Shown: one piece after another, positions 28,891-42,559 of the stretch
Numbering within the stretch: position 1 is the first letter of the stretch
Layout of the letters: every line of letters starts with the position of its first letter
DNA from: Octopus vulgaris
Lineage: Eukaryota
Length of the DNA: 64,000 nt
NCBI GenBank assembly: GCA_951406725.2
Contig: OX597836.1
Location: forward strand, 1,364,001-1,428,000
Reading direction: 5' to 3'
Position numbers and translations under genes: made by a program
Notes under the pieces: model-generated
The model's input: only the letters and a program-made list of their open reading frames with translations
Databases searched by the model: none
Told to the model about the DNA's origin: nothing

Positions 28891-29216
28891 TTTATATTCA
28901 GGACAAGCGAGTAAATACATAGGCCTAGCCACATGCTGAACGAAGACGCCAAATCTCTCTGAACTAGCTTAAAATATCACAATAAACACGCGCTGAACGC
29001 GAGCAAATAAACGAAAATGTATCACGAGAAAGTTCAATTTCGTATCAATTGATTTCAGAATTAAGGGGAAATCCCCTTTTCCCACCATTAGTGTAACATA
29101 ACTCAATGTACATAAATACGAACAATTATACACACCCCATGAACACAACGGCTTCACAGCGCAAATAAAACTGTTCGTACTTATATACAATTTCCAATAT
29201 ATGTATATGTATATTG

Positions 29217-29278
<62 letters not shown>

Positions 29279-29440
29279 CGTGTGTGTGTGTGTGTGTGTA
29301 TGTGTGTGTGTATGTATGTATGTATATGTATGTATATGTATATTGTATGATGAATTTATGGCATGAAGTTACATAAATCCCATCAAATTCGTTAAAATTG
29401 GCGGAAACAAGTTGTTAAAATTTATACGAAGCTTAATTCT

Positions 29441-29528
29441 TGCAAACGATCGTTTCGTACAAAATATATAATCATATAAATTCCTGATTGAATTAAATCA
29501 AATACATGTCATCATACTCTTCAGTGCA
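29441..29528 (-). ncRNA. Type I hammerhead ribozyme motif with intact core
   Basis: Minus strand: tgca-CTGAAGA-gtat...gtac-GAAAC-gatc-GTT-tgca. Stem I tgca/tgca, stem II closed by G-C, palindromic stem III (aaacgatcgttt), GUU cleavage triplet. Confidence 0.75.
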
Positions 29529-30231
29529 GGAAGGAAAGAAACCATAATGCAAGGAACTTTAAAAAAAAACAGAGCAGAAAAAATTGCATGTAGGAGAGTT
29601 ATAGTTATCCGTGTTGGCAAGAGATGGCAGTCATGTCGGATATTGAACCGTTGCTTTCAAATTTCCCATTATGTTAAGTCATGTCATTTTGAAGTGCTTA
29701 AGCAGTGCTTTATAAGCATAGGGTACACTGCTGCATAAATTATCAAAAGCCCAGATCATTATATGTCATTCTGTAATTACAGCTGAGTATTAATTGTGTT
29801 CATCCACATTGAATTGACTGCTAAAAATTCCTTGCACGAAATATGTTTGCGATCTTTGGACGATATTAAGATATTATTAATATATGGCAGCACAGAGACA
29901 CGCACACATATTCATACGTACATACATGCATAGCTACATACATACAAATAAGTATGCATAGCTGTGTAGCTGTGCTTATTTAAATGTGTATGTGTGTGTT
30001 TGTGTAAGTGTATGTGTTTAATTATGTGTATAAGTGTGAGCGTTCCTTTTAAACCATATGAATGTATAAATGTATGCATAACTGAAGGCACACACACACA
30101 CATACACACACACACATACATACACGCACGCACACACACACACACACACACGCATCTTCATGTTTATTCGTGTATTTACGTGTGTCAATTTGATGGTTCT
30201 GCAGTAAAAGTGCCTTTCTTTGATTTGTTGA

Positions 30232-30695
30232 AAGGAATTGGTTGTGAAGGAATAAGGCTGCTTCCCAACCACATGGTTCCCGGTTCAGTCCTGCTGCGTG
30301 TAATCTTGGGCAAGTGTTTCTACTATAGCTACGGAGCGACCAAAGTCATATTAGTGGATTTCGTAGACGGAAATTGAAAGAAGCCCGTCGCAAATACATA
30401 CATACGTGTGTGTTCGTTATCGTGTGTATGGGAGAGAGAGAGAGAGAGAGAAGGAGGAGGAAAAGAGTGTGTGTGTGTGTGTAACTTTGTGCTTGTGCTT
30501 CTCCCTCACCACCGCTTGACAACTAGTTGTTGAGCGGTTCGGCAAAACACACCGATAAAATTAAGTACCAGGTTTTACAAAAACTAAGAACTGGTGTCGC
30601 TTAGTTTTTCATTCGAAAAATAAAAATAAAATTCTTCAAGGTGCTGCCTCAGGATGGCCACCACCGAATGACTGACGCAAATAAAAGTTAAAACA
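30232..30695 (+). mobile_element. Older family B SINE with expanded internal microsatellite
   Basis: caaccacatggttcccggttcagtcc...cttgggcaagtg...gaaagaagcccgtcg...gcggttcggcaaaa...atggcc. Confidence 0.85.
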
Positions 30696-30824
30696 TAACA
30701 GATGAATATCTGGTAAATCCATTCTGTCAACTGAAATAGTAGCAGAATCCCTCTAAATGATTTTGTTCCATGGATTTTAAACTATGTTGAATCTTTCTGA
30801 ATGTTTTGAATTTTGAAGTTCATG

Positions 30825-30891
30825 AATCCATCTGATGAAAACGGTTTCTTTAATCCAGTAAAGGAGCCGTTAGAAACGGACATAATGGATT
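30825..30891 (+). ncRNA. Slightly degenerate type I hammerhead motif
   Basis: aatccat-CTGATGA-a aacggtttct...aggagccgtt a-GAAAC-ggac-ATA-atggatt. 7-bp stem I and 10-bp stem II; mismatches at the base of stem II and in stem III. Confidence 0.6.
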
Positions 30892-31429
30892 GACAACTGT
30901 ATATCTACAGTTAGCCACTTATACTTTATTCACCTGTCTCGGAATCTGCCATTAATAAATATTATGGACCGTGTATTTAATAGAAAGTACATGTCTGAAT
31001 AACGCAGGAGCGAATTCCTTCACTCAACTCGGTCTCATTCTCTTCATACGCAGCAAGAATATCATTCGGCCGGTACTTATGTACAAAGTTCGATATTTAC
31101 TTAAAACTGTTGTGTGGGTTCCTTATTCTGACGTAACGGCGTGCCACAATTTAAGTTCCGAATCCAACTGGATCTTCTTTATATTTTATATACGGAACAG
31201 TAACCTAAGGAATAGGTCTTTTAGTGCTGCCATCTTACTCATTTATTTACATATGTTTATAGTTGTATGTATGTATATCTATGTATAAGAATATATATAA
31301 ACGTATATATGTGTGCATGTGTATGTATGTATGTATCTGTCTGTCTGCCTGTCTCTCTCTCTCTTTCTTTCTCTCTCTCTAATTCATATACACAAACATG
31401 CGTATGCATTCTCTTATTACATCTGTGAC

Positions 31430-31618
31430 TTTGTGTCTGCCTTTGTGTCCCGCCACCACTCGAATTGTTCACGTATTCAGAATATAGCGGTTCGCCAAAA
31501 GAGAAGCGATAGAATAAGCCTTTATGAAAAGTTACCGGATCAGTTTGCTTCGAATAAATTCTTTACAGTGCTACCCCAGCATGGCCACAGTTTTATGACT
31601 GGAAAAATAAAAGAGAAG
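31430..31618 (+). mobile_element. Family B SINE 3' half, diverged
   Basis: tagcggttcgccaaaagagaagcgatagaataag...ccagcatggccacag. Confidence 0.75.
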
Positions 31619-31691
31619 CTATAGCTATATACATACACACAAACATACATACACACATACATACATATATATACACACACACATACATACA

Positions 31692-31724
<33 letters not shown>

Positions 31725-31762
31725 GAATATACACACATATATGTATATCTATCTATCTATCT

Positions 31763-31828
<66 letters not shown>

Positions 31829-32394
31829 CCATATATGGGTTTTCTTGGCCTAATATTCTGAACTGATGCAGCTGATATATATGATGATCAAAGACCTTCT
31901 AATTTTAACTCTTCTGCCTTGCCTTCATACACACCGTTCCCTAAACTAAGTTTCAACGAGTACCTGATCCCCACCCCCAACTCAGCTCTATTGAATTCGA
32001 GAGATATTACGCTGCTATGTCTAGCTGTTCCTCCTAAGCACTTAGTGCCTTCTTCAACGTGATGTTTACGGGTCACCTCGACCCAGACGACTGAGTAATG
32101 TTTCAACGAAGGGTGTACTTCACCTTCTGTTTGTCGATTTTACACGATCAAAAGAGAAGAAGAAACAAAAAGAAGAGAAACTCACAAAGACCGAGAGCTT
32201 CTCTCGATTTAATTCCATATCCTACGGAATTGTAACGTAAGTGATACGTCTTTTAGTGCAGCCATCTTAACCAACCAACCGACCAACTGACCGACCGACC
32301 GACCGACCAACCAACCGCCATTTCAGGAAACACTGTCGCCGCCGCCACAGTCAGGAACATTTGTTACATTATCATTCTTCACCTACGGCCAAAA

Positions 32395-32975
32395 ACATCA
32401 TCATCATCATCATCATCATCACAACTACCAACAACAGCACCTCCAGCATCAACATAGTCTCTTTAGTGTCATCCATCATGTTGTCATCATCAAAATCGTC
32501 ATTGGCGTCAGTGACGTTGTCATCACCGGCATTGACATCATATGATCGTCATCATCATCATCATCATCGTCATCATCATCGTCATCATCATCATCATCAT
32601 CGTCATCATCATCGTTATCATCATCATCATCATCATCATTGTCCTCATCATCGTCATCGTCATCATCGTCATCAACATCATCATCATCACCATCATCATC
32701 ACCATCATCACCACCATCCTCCTCCTCCTCCTCCTCCTCCTCATCATCATCATAGAAAACGCCCTCACGATCATCCTCTTCCGCTCCTTTCTCAACCGCT
32801 TCCTCCACCTCCTTCCTCTCCTCCTCCCCCTCCTTCCTCTCCTCCTCCCCCTCCTTTTCTCTCATCCCCCCTCATCGTTTTTCGTCAGCGTCTTTGCTGT
32901 CATCACGACCGTCATCACGCTTATCGTCAGCGTGTTTGTCATGTTTCGTCGTCATCGCCGTCTCGTCATCGCATC
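32395..32975. repeat. Compound (CAT)/(CGT)/(CCT) trinucleotide low-complexity tract
   Basis: Visible; produces the poly-H/D/M/I ORFs. Confidence 0.92.
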
Positions 32976-33799
32976 ACATCCAAAAAAAAACAAATAAAGA
33001 AGACACGGAATGGAAAATTGGTAACAAAATCCATTCTATAGAAAGCCATATCAAAGAATTATCAGAGAATATCTCGAAAATATGGTCTGAGCAATTGGTT
33101 TGCTTAATATCTGCTTTAGCAAACATTTTTTTATAATTGTTGTATTAAATTGTTCTTTTTTTTTAACCTGGGAATGAATTGATGGCTTCTTAATGAGTCA
33201 TGTGACTTCGCTGATCACTATAAGAATACTGCATTGGATCACACACACACGCACACACACTCACACACACGCACACACACTCACACACACGCACATACAC
33301 TCACACACACGCACACACACTCACACACACGCACACACACACACACAAAAACATGTGTAATTAATAAAACAAATCTAAATAAGCATACATATTTATCTAT
33401 GCATGTGTGTGTATGTGTGTGTTTATATGTGTGTATGTGTGTGTGTTTGTGAGTGTGTGTTTATGTTTGTGTGAGTGTGTCTTGGCGTGCTGTTGGCTGC
33501 GAGTAGATGCCACTCAGAACACCGAACGTGGCAGAAAGTCACATTTAGCATCCTGAGCGAAAGCATCGGGTTTTTCTCTACTTTCGACCCGTGAAGTGTT
33601 TTACAGCACGGCACGTCCATAAGACAGAATATCTCCGGACGAACAACGCAGCTACTATGTGTGTGTGTGTGTCTCTCTCTCTCACTCTCTCTCTCTCTGT
33701 ATGTGTGTGAATTAAGGCTATAACTGGTTTCATGTTAAGAAGAGTATGAAAATATCCTAGTGTCTTATAAATTTTCAGGCCGATCACATTGAGAAATAT

Positions 33800-34180
33800 A
33801 TTCGCCTTAATTTTGGAAAACCGTCACATTCATTATAATATGGGGCAGCTTTTTCAAAAGTGTCTCTGCAGACGAATAAATTGGAGACCCCAACCCTGCT
33901 AATGTTGTTAACTATTTATTCAATTACTGCTGGGGGTGGCTGAAACCTATGTCTATGTGCGAGGCTTCCTCGTTTCTTTGTCGTAGGGTTTAACTTTTCT
34001 TGTGTTAAGATTCATGTTATTGTCTAGGAAGTTGATTTTTTAAAGGTTTGTACTAATTGCAATTTCTGGGACCAGTTGGTTAAATATTTTGCAATTTTTT
34101 CCCCTTATTCTATCCATTTCATGTTCGTTTCTATTGTGTACAACTCCCAGTCCATCGTCCCTGTATAAAACTATGTCAGT
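33800..34180 (-). mobile_element. Penelope-like element RT remnant (catalytic motif to thumb)
   Basis: Minus strand reads VLYRDDGLGVVHNRNEHEMDRIRGKNCKIF...ISTNL*KINFLDNNMNLNTRKVKPY...SHP...FEKAAPYYN, matching PLE YRDDGL...VNFLDVTLNL...SNHPP...AAPxYN. Confidence 0.85.
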
Positions 34181-34802
34181 TTCTCCCAGCAGCCACCTTC
34201 TTGACCCAGGGCAGCACTATCTCCTCTACGCACTTGATGTCGGATTTCGAGTTGAGTTTATGTGTGGGAAGATGAATGGAAGCATAACGTCGCCATTACT
34301 AGCGATCACTCGAAACATCATGATGTTGACTGGATGTTTTATTTTTATCACTCTCGGTAAATTTCCTCAGATTGCACTGTCTCCGTATGACACCAAAACA
34401 CTTGGCAGAGTGAATTCCGCTATGGTGCTGTTTTTCTCAGAGAATGTGCTCAAATTAGCCTACTACACTGCGTTGTCGACAAAATAAAAAACAAACAAAT
34501 CGCATTAAATAAAAATATATAATGGTGATCATTTACCCTGTATATATATTTTTATTTACTTTAACTGAGGAAGGTTTACGTAGTGGCTGTATATCCCATT
34601 ATATATTACACAAACCTGAAACATACGTATTAAATTATTTCAAAATATCTTTGTTGTAACAAATACGACTCAATGATATTGGAAGCTGGCTGGTCTTGAC
34701 ACTACATATGCGGATATTCTAATAAGGATTTAAAGGAGATTGCTCGAGTCGAAAAACGCTGTGACCGAAGCACGATATATATACATATTCATACATACAT
34801 GT

Positions 34803-34868
<66 letters not shown>

Positions 34869-35689
34869 TTATTTATATATTTATATATATATATATTTGT
34901 ATGTGTATACATATATACATATATTCACATATATGTGTGTGTGTGTGTGTGTTTGTATGTGTGTGTATGTGTGTGTGCTTTGTAAAGATAGACGTTACCT
35001 ATATGGCAGTAGGAAGTGTTTCGGAAGATTTGCCAGGCATCTCCCTCCTTTTATTTCACTAGTTATTTTCTCACAATCCCATCGTGCATTTAAGATACTA
35101 TTCAAGCTCACCACGAGTAGAAACGAACACGATATTCGTAGTAGTTTTTCTAAACACACAAAACAAAGACTGGCCACACTGCACCTTTTAGTACATAAAG
35201 AGTGACTGTCCTCAAAGTATTTCATTTGTGGCTACTCTCATGTAGAGCCACCGAACTGCAGATCGGGTTTTAGAAAATCTTTGAATCTTAACCAACTTAA
35301 AAGTGCATACACGTCGCTGTGTTCGAGAAAGATCGGGTTTCGGCGGAAAGTCTGCCATCACTGACAGCAACCAGAATTAAATATAATAGCGTGAGGTCGT
35401 TCAGCAAATGAACTTACTTAAAAGACGATACAACGTCTGGTCTATATTCGCATCCAAGACCCCGACAGATGTGTAACTCATCTGAGTAAAGTTCCTTTTA
35501 TAGGATTAAAGTTCAAACACTCTGATGTATACTTTAATCTCTCCGGAATCGATTAAAGAAAACAGAAGAATTGAAGAATTGTGTTTATGAAATCTATTCA
35601 CTTCCGTCGAAAAAATGTTGCTGCCGAAATTAGAAACAATTGCATGCTATTTGTTTAAAGAATTAAGCGACCCCAGTACTTTGTCCTGA

Positions 35690-36110
35690 TAATCTGCAGC
35701 ATCGTAGGAGTGTCTAATGAAGTGCCATGTGCTATTTCTTCTGGTTCTTTCCTATCTGGAGTCATGTCTCACCGTGGTCAACTTTGCTTGTCCTCTCTCT
35801 GTACTTGCATCAATGGTACCAACTAACAACATGTACTCAAATTCAATGCCTTTGTGCCCAGATCAGAAACTATTACTAGTTTTGTTCCTGCGGCTGTTTT
35901 CGTTGAGAATAATCATGTTTCTTACAAATTCTTTAGAAGATGGTTCCATACTATATTTCAAAGTTTTTGATTATATGTAAACATCTGTTTCATTACCTTG
36001 GATTCAAAAAGGTTCTTTACTACAGAAATCTTTTATAAAGATTCATTTAGCCATGTTTAGTTGGGATTAAATACGGTGTCATCAGCAGAAACGTGAGGAA
36101 GGGTTAACCA
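35690..36110 (-). mobile_element. RTE LINE 3' remnant, internally deleted
   Basis: SADDTVF, then FEYMLLVGTIDASTERGQ resembling RTE LExLVxxGKIEGKRxRGR. Confidence 0.5.
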
Positions 36111-36460
36111 CACTTGTTGTAGCAACGAATACGCCTCTCAGGCTTTTGGAAGTTTGAAAGCATAGAAATAGTTCTAATTTGATAAGCGGAAAACATTGAA
36201 AATTTAACAGACAGTTTAAACATCGTCACAAACTGACAAGCGTATTTGAAAATAATTTATATTTCTTTTTAGCTTTAAGAGATTAATCACCGACGTCGCA
36301 AGTAACATAGATTATTAAAAGCAAAAACATTTGTAGAAATACATTGTCTTTTTCTGTTCATGTTGGCTGTTAAAATGTGACAGATAAATGAAATCTGCTA
36401 AATAGAATATAAACACACATTAATACGTATATGTATGTATATTATTTATACACGTGCTTT

Positions 36461-36510
<50 letters not shown>

Positions 36511-37094
36511 CACACATATATGTATGCATGCATAGTATGTATGTATGTATGTATATTGTTGATGTCATAATGATTTCATAAAATTACGAGAGAAAGTGAA
36601 ATAATTCATTTTTGGAATATTTCGATGTAGTACCACATAAAGTTATAAACCGTAGCACATAAATATTGGCTTCAAAATTTTGGGTGGGACAGAAAAAGGT
36701 GAAGGCTCCCCCGTGTAATTCTTCCTGTCCAAAAAGGCTTTCTTGAACACAATGTTTATATGCTACTGTTTATAGCGTTATGTGTGTGCTTCGAGATATA
36801 TTATCCACAAAAAAGAATTTTTTCACATTTTCTCGAAAATAATCACTCATACGTTTATATATGTGTCTTTGTGTGCGTGTGTGTATGTATATACAAAAAT
36901 ATATACAAAGACACACAGAATCCAGACAAATATATAACGTTGTATACAAGCATCTGTCTAATACAGTAAATCTTCATTTGTCTACGTTCGTTGCGGTATG
37001 AAAAAAAAAAAGAGAAATTTTATACAATTCAAAAATGGTGTCTGAGAGAAAACAATGGAATGTATTTTTACAGATTACTAGAATTTTTTTTTTT

Positions 37095-37463
37095 TACTTC
37101 TGGCGGCAAAAGGCCTGAAATTTTTCGGGAGGGGTCCAGTCGATTAGATTGCCCCAGTACCGAAAGGATGAAAGGCAAAGTCGATCTCGGCGGAATTTGA
37201 ACAAAGAACGTAAAGACAGACGAAATACCTATTTCTTTACTACTCACAAGGGGCTAAACATAGATGGAACAAACAAGGACATACAAAGCGATTAAGTCGA
37301 TTACATCGGCTCCAGTGAGTAAATTGGCACTTAATTTATCGACCCCGAAAGGATGAAAGGCAAAGTCGACCTCAGCAGAATTTGAACTCAGAACGTAGCG
37401 CAGACGAAATACCGCTAAGCATTTCACCCGGCGTGCTAACGTTTCTGCCGGCTCGTCGCCTTA
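37095..37463 (-). mobile_element. Dimeric family A SINE
   Basis: The cgaaaggatgaaaggcaaagtcga...cagacgaaatac block occurs twice (about 37161-37228 and 37346-37412), each with a different tail. The full tRNA-like head occurs only once. Confidence 0.9.
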
Positions 37464-38873
37464 GACAGAGTTCTAGAATGTAGGTTCACTGAAACTCAGA
37501 ATAATTTTGTATATGTTTACAGCGGTTCATCGTTTAGACGGGGGATAATTTCCGCAACTGATCCAATCAATTGAGATGGTCAAAAGGAAGGTGCCGGACA
37601 TAATTTTAAGAATCTCGAAAAACGTCTGTGAGCTGCGTCTTCTGGCTCCTCATGTGTTGAGCTGTTATTCAACGGAGGTCAAATAATTGGCTCCTCATTT
37701 GTTCGGAGCCCATGGAACAAAGCATTAGTGAAGTATCGGAGTCAACAGTTATATACCAACTCCTTTCTTCCAAAATTACTGACTTTGTACCAAAATATTA
37801 GAAAAACACAGAAAGAAAATTTTATCAGGTATTTCTTGAAATGGAATTAAAATTACAATTATTTTGTGCGTATACACACACACGCATGCGCGTCGTTTGC
37901 TTCTCTTCCTTCTTTTTAAGCTCTATGACATTTTTCCAATTAGTGTAGAATTTCGTATGTTGCTCTACGGTGGACTTTTTACTTTACTTCGAAATTCTTA
38001 AAGTTTTATATTAGTTGCATTCGTAATGATTTGAATTGTCAAATTTCTTGCCATTTCTGGCCCATCTTTTACCATTTTCGCAGTAATCAGTTAATCAGTT
38101 TTACCAACAGATTTGCTTTCCAACTCCTGAAGAAATTCCTGAATTCCTTCGACAACTCAACCACCCAAACCCTTACTTCTTATTTAATGACCAACGTAAA
38201 TTATGTTTGCGTTTTCATTTCTCTTCCAATCAGCATCACTACCATTCTGAACTAATTCGGGCAAAATGAGCTTCCAGCATGTATTCTAGAAGCTTCCTCT
38301 TCATTTCACGAACTGTAATTGTTATCATCTTTCTATTATAAAGAATAATTTATTTGCAGACATTGAAACTGCAGGCGAGGTTTCTTCCGAAGCATGCAAT
38401 AATCTTATATCAGTGTTTAAAATCTTTTGACTAAAAGTTACAAATGATGTCTTGGTTCACTCATTGGAGAGGAAGCGTAAAACATGTTTGTAAGACCAGA
38501 ACACACGTTAAAGCCTTAAAGCACGGCGATGTGATTGAGCTTTATTAATTATGAAGATTGTAGTCTGTATTAATTACATTCGATAAATTTCAGTTCTTGG
38601 AGCAAAGTTTTGACAAAACCAAATTTCTAACATTATAACAATAATCCGTCTTTTATTCCTCGCCAATAAATAGGGAACTTGTTTTTAATCAACCTACGGA
38701 TGACACACACATTAAGATGTTTCTGTCATTTATATATATATATACATAACCTACAGCAGTTAAACTTTTGCGAACTGAAATTAATGTAGCTAAAGTAACA
38801 TGTACCAAGTATTGCCAAATTTATATCATTTAGATTAGGCAATATGTAAATATAAATATAAATATAAATATAA

Positions 38874-38962
<89 letters not shown>

Positions 38963-39139
38963 TTACAGGTTCAGTAAAATTTAGATTCAGTTGAATATGG
39001 TACTTAAGTTAAAGGCACCAGAATTTAGTATTGTATTATCCATATAATTCAAAGTGAAATATTTGCATTGTTCAATTAAATGGAGTCGCATGAAACGATC
39101 GTACTGCATTTCCTCTGGATATCCTTGTTGCTTATTTTG

Positions 39140-39187
<48 letters not shown>

Positions 39188-39832
39188 TAAATAGTTATAT
39201 TACTGGAAGGTATACACACACGAGCGCGTTCCCATGCACGCACGAACATGCACTTTCGGTTTTCGGATTAAATTTGACTATATTTTGTCTTTCCTTTTTA
39301 AGAAACAACTTGATGTACTGGTGAAAGTCGACGGCGTTGGAGAGCATAAACATAAAATCTGTAGTTGTGAAAAAGTTAGCAGATGTAGACAACTGGAATC
39401 TATTTGGGTGTTGGAAAAGTGTTGCCTGTATCATGGTGACTGGCGTCGGGTATCTAATTGTCACACTCACGGGTGACACTTAATGCTCTGTGAACTGCAG
39501 AAATGCTGTAAAACGTGTCATCACCTGCTGCAACGCTGATTACAGAGACACTCCCGCTGTACACATACATATATGTATATATACATGTACATACATACGC
39601 ACAAACACGCGCACACGCAGTGTATGTATATGTATGATATTATGGATCAAATTTTTACTTGTTGATAATCAATTCTGCCTGATGAGTTGGGAATTAGGAG
39701 GTGACGCATTACACAATTTAACTAATTGTATTATTCTTAGGTCAAAATACAAAAATTATTTAATGAAACAATTGTAGTAACAGACAACTCATTCACCTAT
39801 TTTTAACACACACACACACAATATATATACAT

Positions 39833-39866
<34 letters not shown>

Positions 39867-40233
39867 TATATATATATAGTGGTCAGTAACATACCTAATA
39901 TAAATATATAAATTTCGCATTACTTGGAACATGTTACCTTAGATACAGTAATTTCGGTTAGAAACGGAGACTGATGGAATAAGAAGTAGACTTACAAAGA
40001 ATAAGTCCTGAGGTCTTAAATGCTTAAATAATTTTGTTGCGTAATTACATATGAAAAAGTAAACATCTCCTTTTAGAAGTACTTCAGAGCACTCAATCTC
40101 GTCCTGAAGAATTCCTAATAGGAAATGTCTAACGTGTTTCTCCTATATTTACAATTTTATAACACTTAACAGGAAACGAAACACTTGTAATGGTGAAAAA
40201 ATGACACCAGAAATGGTTTTTCAGTCTTCTAGT

Positions 40234-40314
<81 letters not shown>

Positions 40315-40477
40315 GTGTGTGTGTGTTCATATATATTTAAATACAAAGGGATACAGGCTAACATACATTCACATACGTATATAGCGAAGTAGTGAGCATA
40401 TGTAAAGTATATATGCACACATATACACATTCATCCGCTCAATCCATATATCTATGTAAATATGTTAGCTATTACAA

Positions 40478-40534
<57 letters not shown>

Positions 40535-40880
40535 GACATGTAGACGTTTATGTAAACGTCTCTTTCGATTTGAATATCATTAATATGGATGATAAAGAAC
40601 AAAAGTTAAATGAAATAGCATCTAAGAGAAGTTTATTCGGTGTAGAAAGACTGGAAAAAAACGAAAACATTTCACAAACACGCACGAGTATTCAAAGTTC
40701 AACGTTGTGTTCGCATGCGTATATATTTGCCGGTATCTTGCCGGTATCTATGTGTATATGTGTGTCTAAGTGAATCTACGTACACTTATATGTGTGTTTG
40801 TGTTTGTATATATAAACATATATAAACTCACACACACAAACACACATACGTAGACACCACACACACATATATATATGTAT

Positions 40881-40982
<102 letters not shown>

Positions 40983-41159
40983 TGAGTGTATTTGATTTGC
41001 TATTCCGCTGATAATAGTTCACAAAATATAAAATAATGTCATTACGTATTAAATAGAATAAAAATTTTGGAGTGCATGCACTCGCGCACGCACTCTCTAA
41101 CTCACTCACACGCATTAAAATAGCTACACACAGACACACGGATATTTAGAAATATGTCA

Positions 41160-41204
<45 letters not shown>

Positions 41205-41407
41205 TTTATTTATGTATTTATATATATGCATATATATACGCATATATATAATTTTTATCTTTGTATACATATATTCATACATATATAGGTATATATAGGT
41301 ATATATATATATATATATATATTTATACATACATATACGTGGAAATAGAGAGACTCCGAAACATGCGCTCTGACTCAGCGAGAGATTGACAGAAGGAGAA
41401 AGATAGA

Positions 41408-41412
<5 letters not shown>

Positions 41413-41473
<61 letters not shown>
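41413..41473. repeat. (AG)n microsatellite
   Basis: Visible run. Confidence 0.95.
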
Positions 41474-41478
<5 letters not shown>

Positions 41479-41772
41479 AAGAGGGTGAAGCAGAGAAGGA
41501 AAGACCAGGAATGGAAATGCCATAGACATTTGTTCATTAAGTAAAGCTATTTGTTCCATGAAATTTTATTGGTTTCAATGTGATTCAGTACTTTTTAAAT
41601 AGAATATGAGCCAAAGATTTTTTTTACACTGTATCAACTTCTATATCTCCATTATTAAAATTTGTTTTTTCTGTTTTATAGTTTTTCACGTATACACCAT
41701 CTTTTATTTACCGTGGCTCTCTGTCTGTGCGTTTGTTTGCCTATGTACCAATCTATCTACATATACTCATGC

Positions 41773-41855
<83 letters not shown>

Positions 41856-42209
41856 CCTCTTTCACTCTCGCGCTATGCATATATATATATATATATATGA
41901 ATATTCCCTTATATATTATGGACGAACTTTTATTCACGTACGTATATATATATATATGTGTGTGTGTGCATATGCTTGTATTTGTGTATATATACATATA
42001 CATACATACGTAAACACACACATATATAAATTAAATGTAAGGATAAAATCTATATAAGAATTTGTCAAGTAGCCAGCTAGAAAAACCAGCTAAGGGAAGA
42101 ATTTATACAATATATATAATCTTTCGCTTTAAATATAAATACATTCATTATATTAAGGGCTATTACTACACGTGAATGCCTCGCACCCTAAGAGACTCTC
42201 AAAGCCAAA

Positions 42210-42537
42210 ACTACGTTAATAAATATACACGTTACCGAAAGCGGGGCGATGTAACTTGGAAATTGCCTCTTAAAAACAGATTAAGGGGCAAATCACATAT
42301 GCTTTCATTGTCGGTGTACATAATACACTCTCTACTTATCAGTGCAGACATAATCAGTACACGTAAAAATGAACACATGTAAGTACCAGGCGAACACCAA
42401 ACGAATCCAAAATAGCATATACAAATTCTCACACCTATATATCCACGTAAAAGAATTGCGGTGAAGTCGGTTTTTAAGAGGAGACTTCCCAGTTACATTC
42501 GCCCGCTTTCTGTACCGTGTGTATGTATTAAAGTAGT
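42210..42537. repeat. Diverged inverted repeat, arms about 73 bp around an about 180-bp spacer
   Basis: actacgttaataaatatacacgttaccgaaagcggggcgatgtaact...ctcttaaaaac pairs with gtttttaagag...agttacattcgcccgctttctgtaccgtgtgtatgtattaaagtagt. Confidence 0.8.
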
Positions 42538-42559
42538 GTTGATATATATATATATATAA

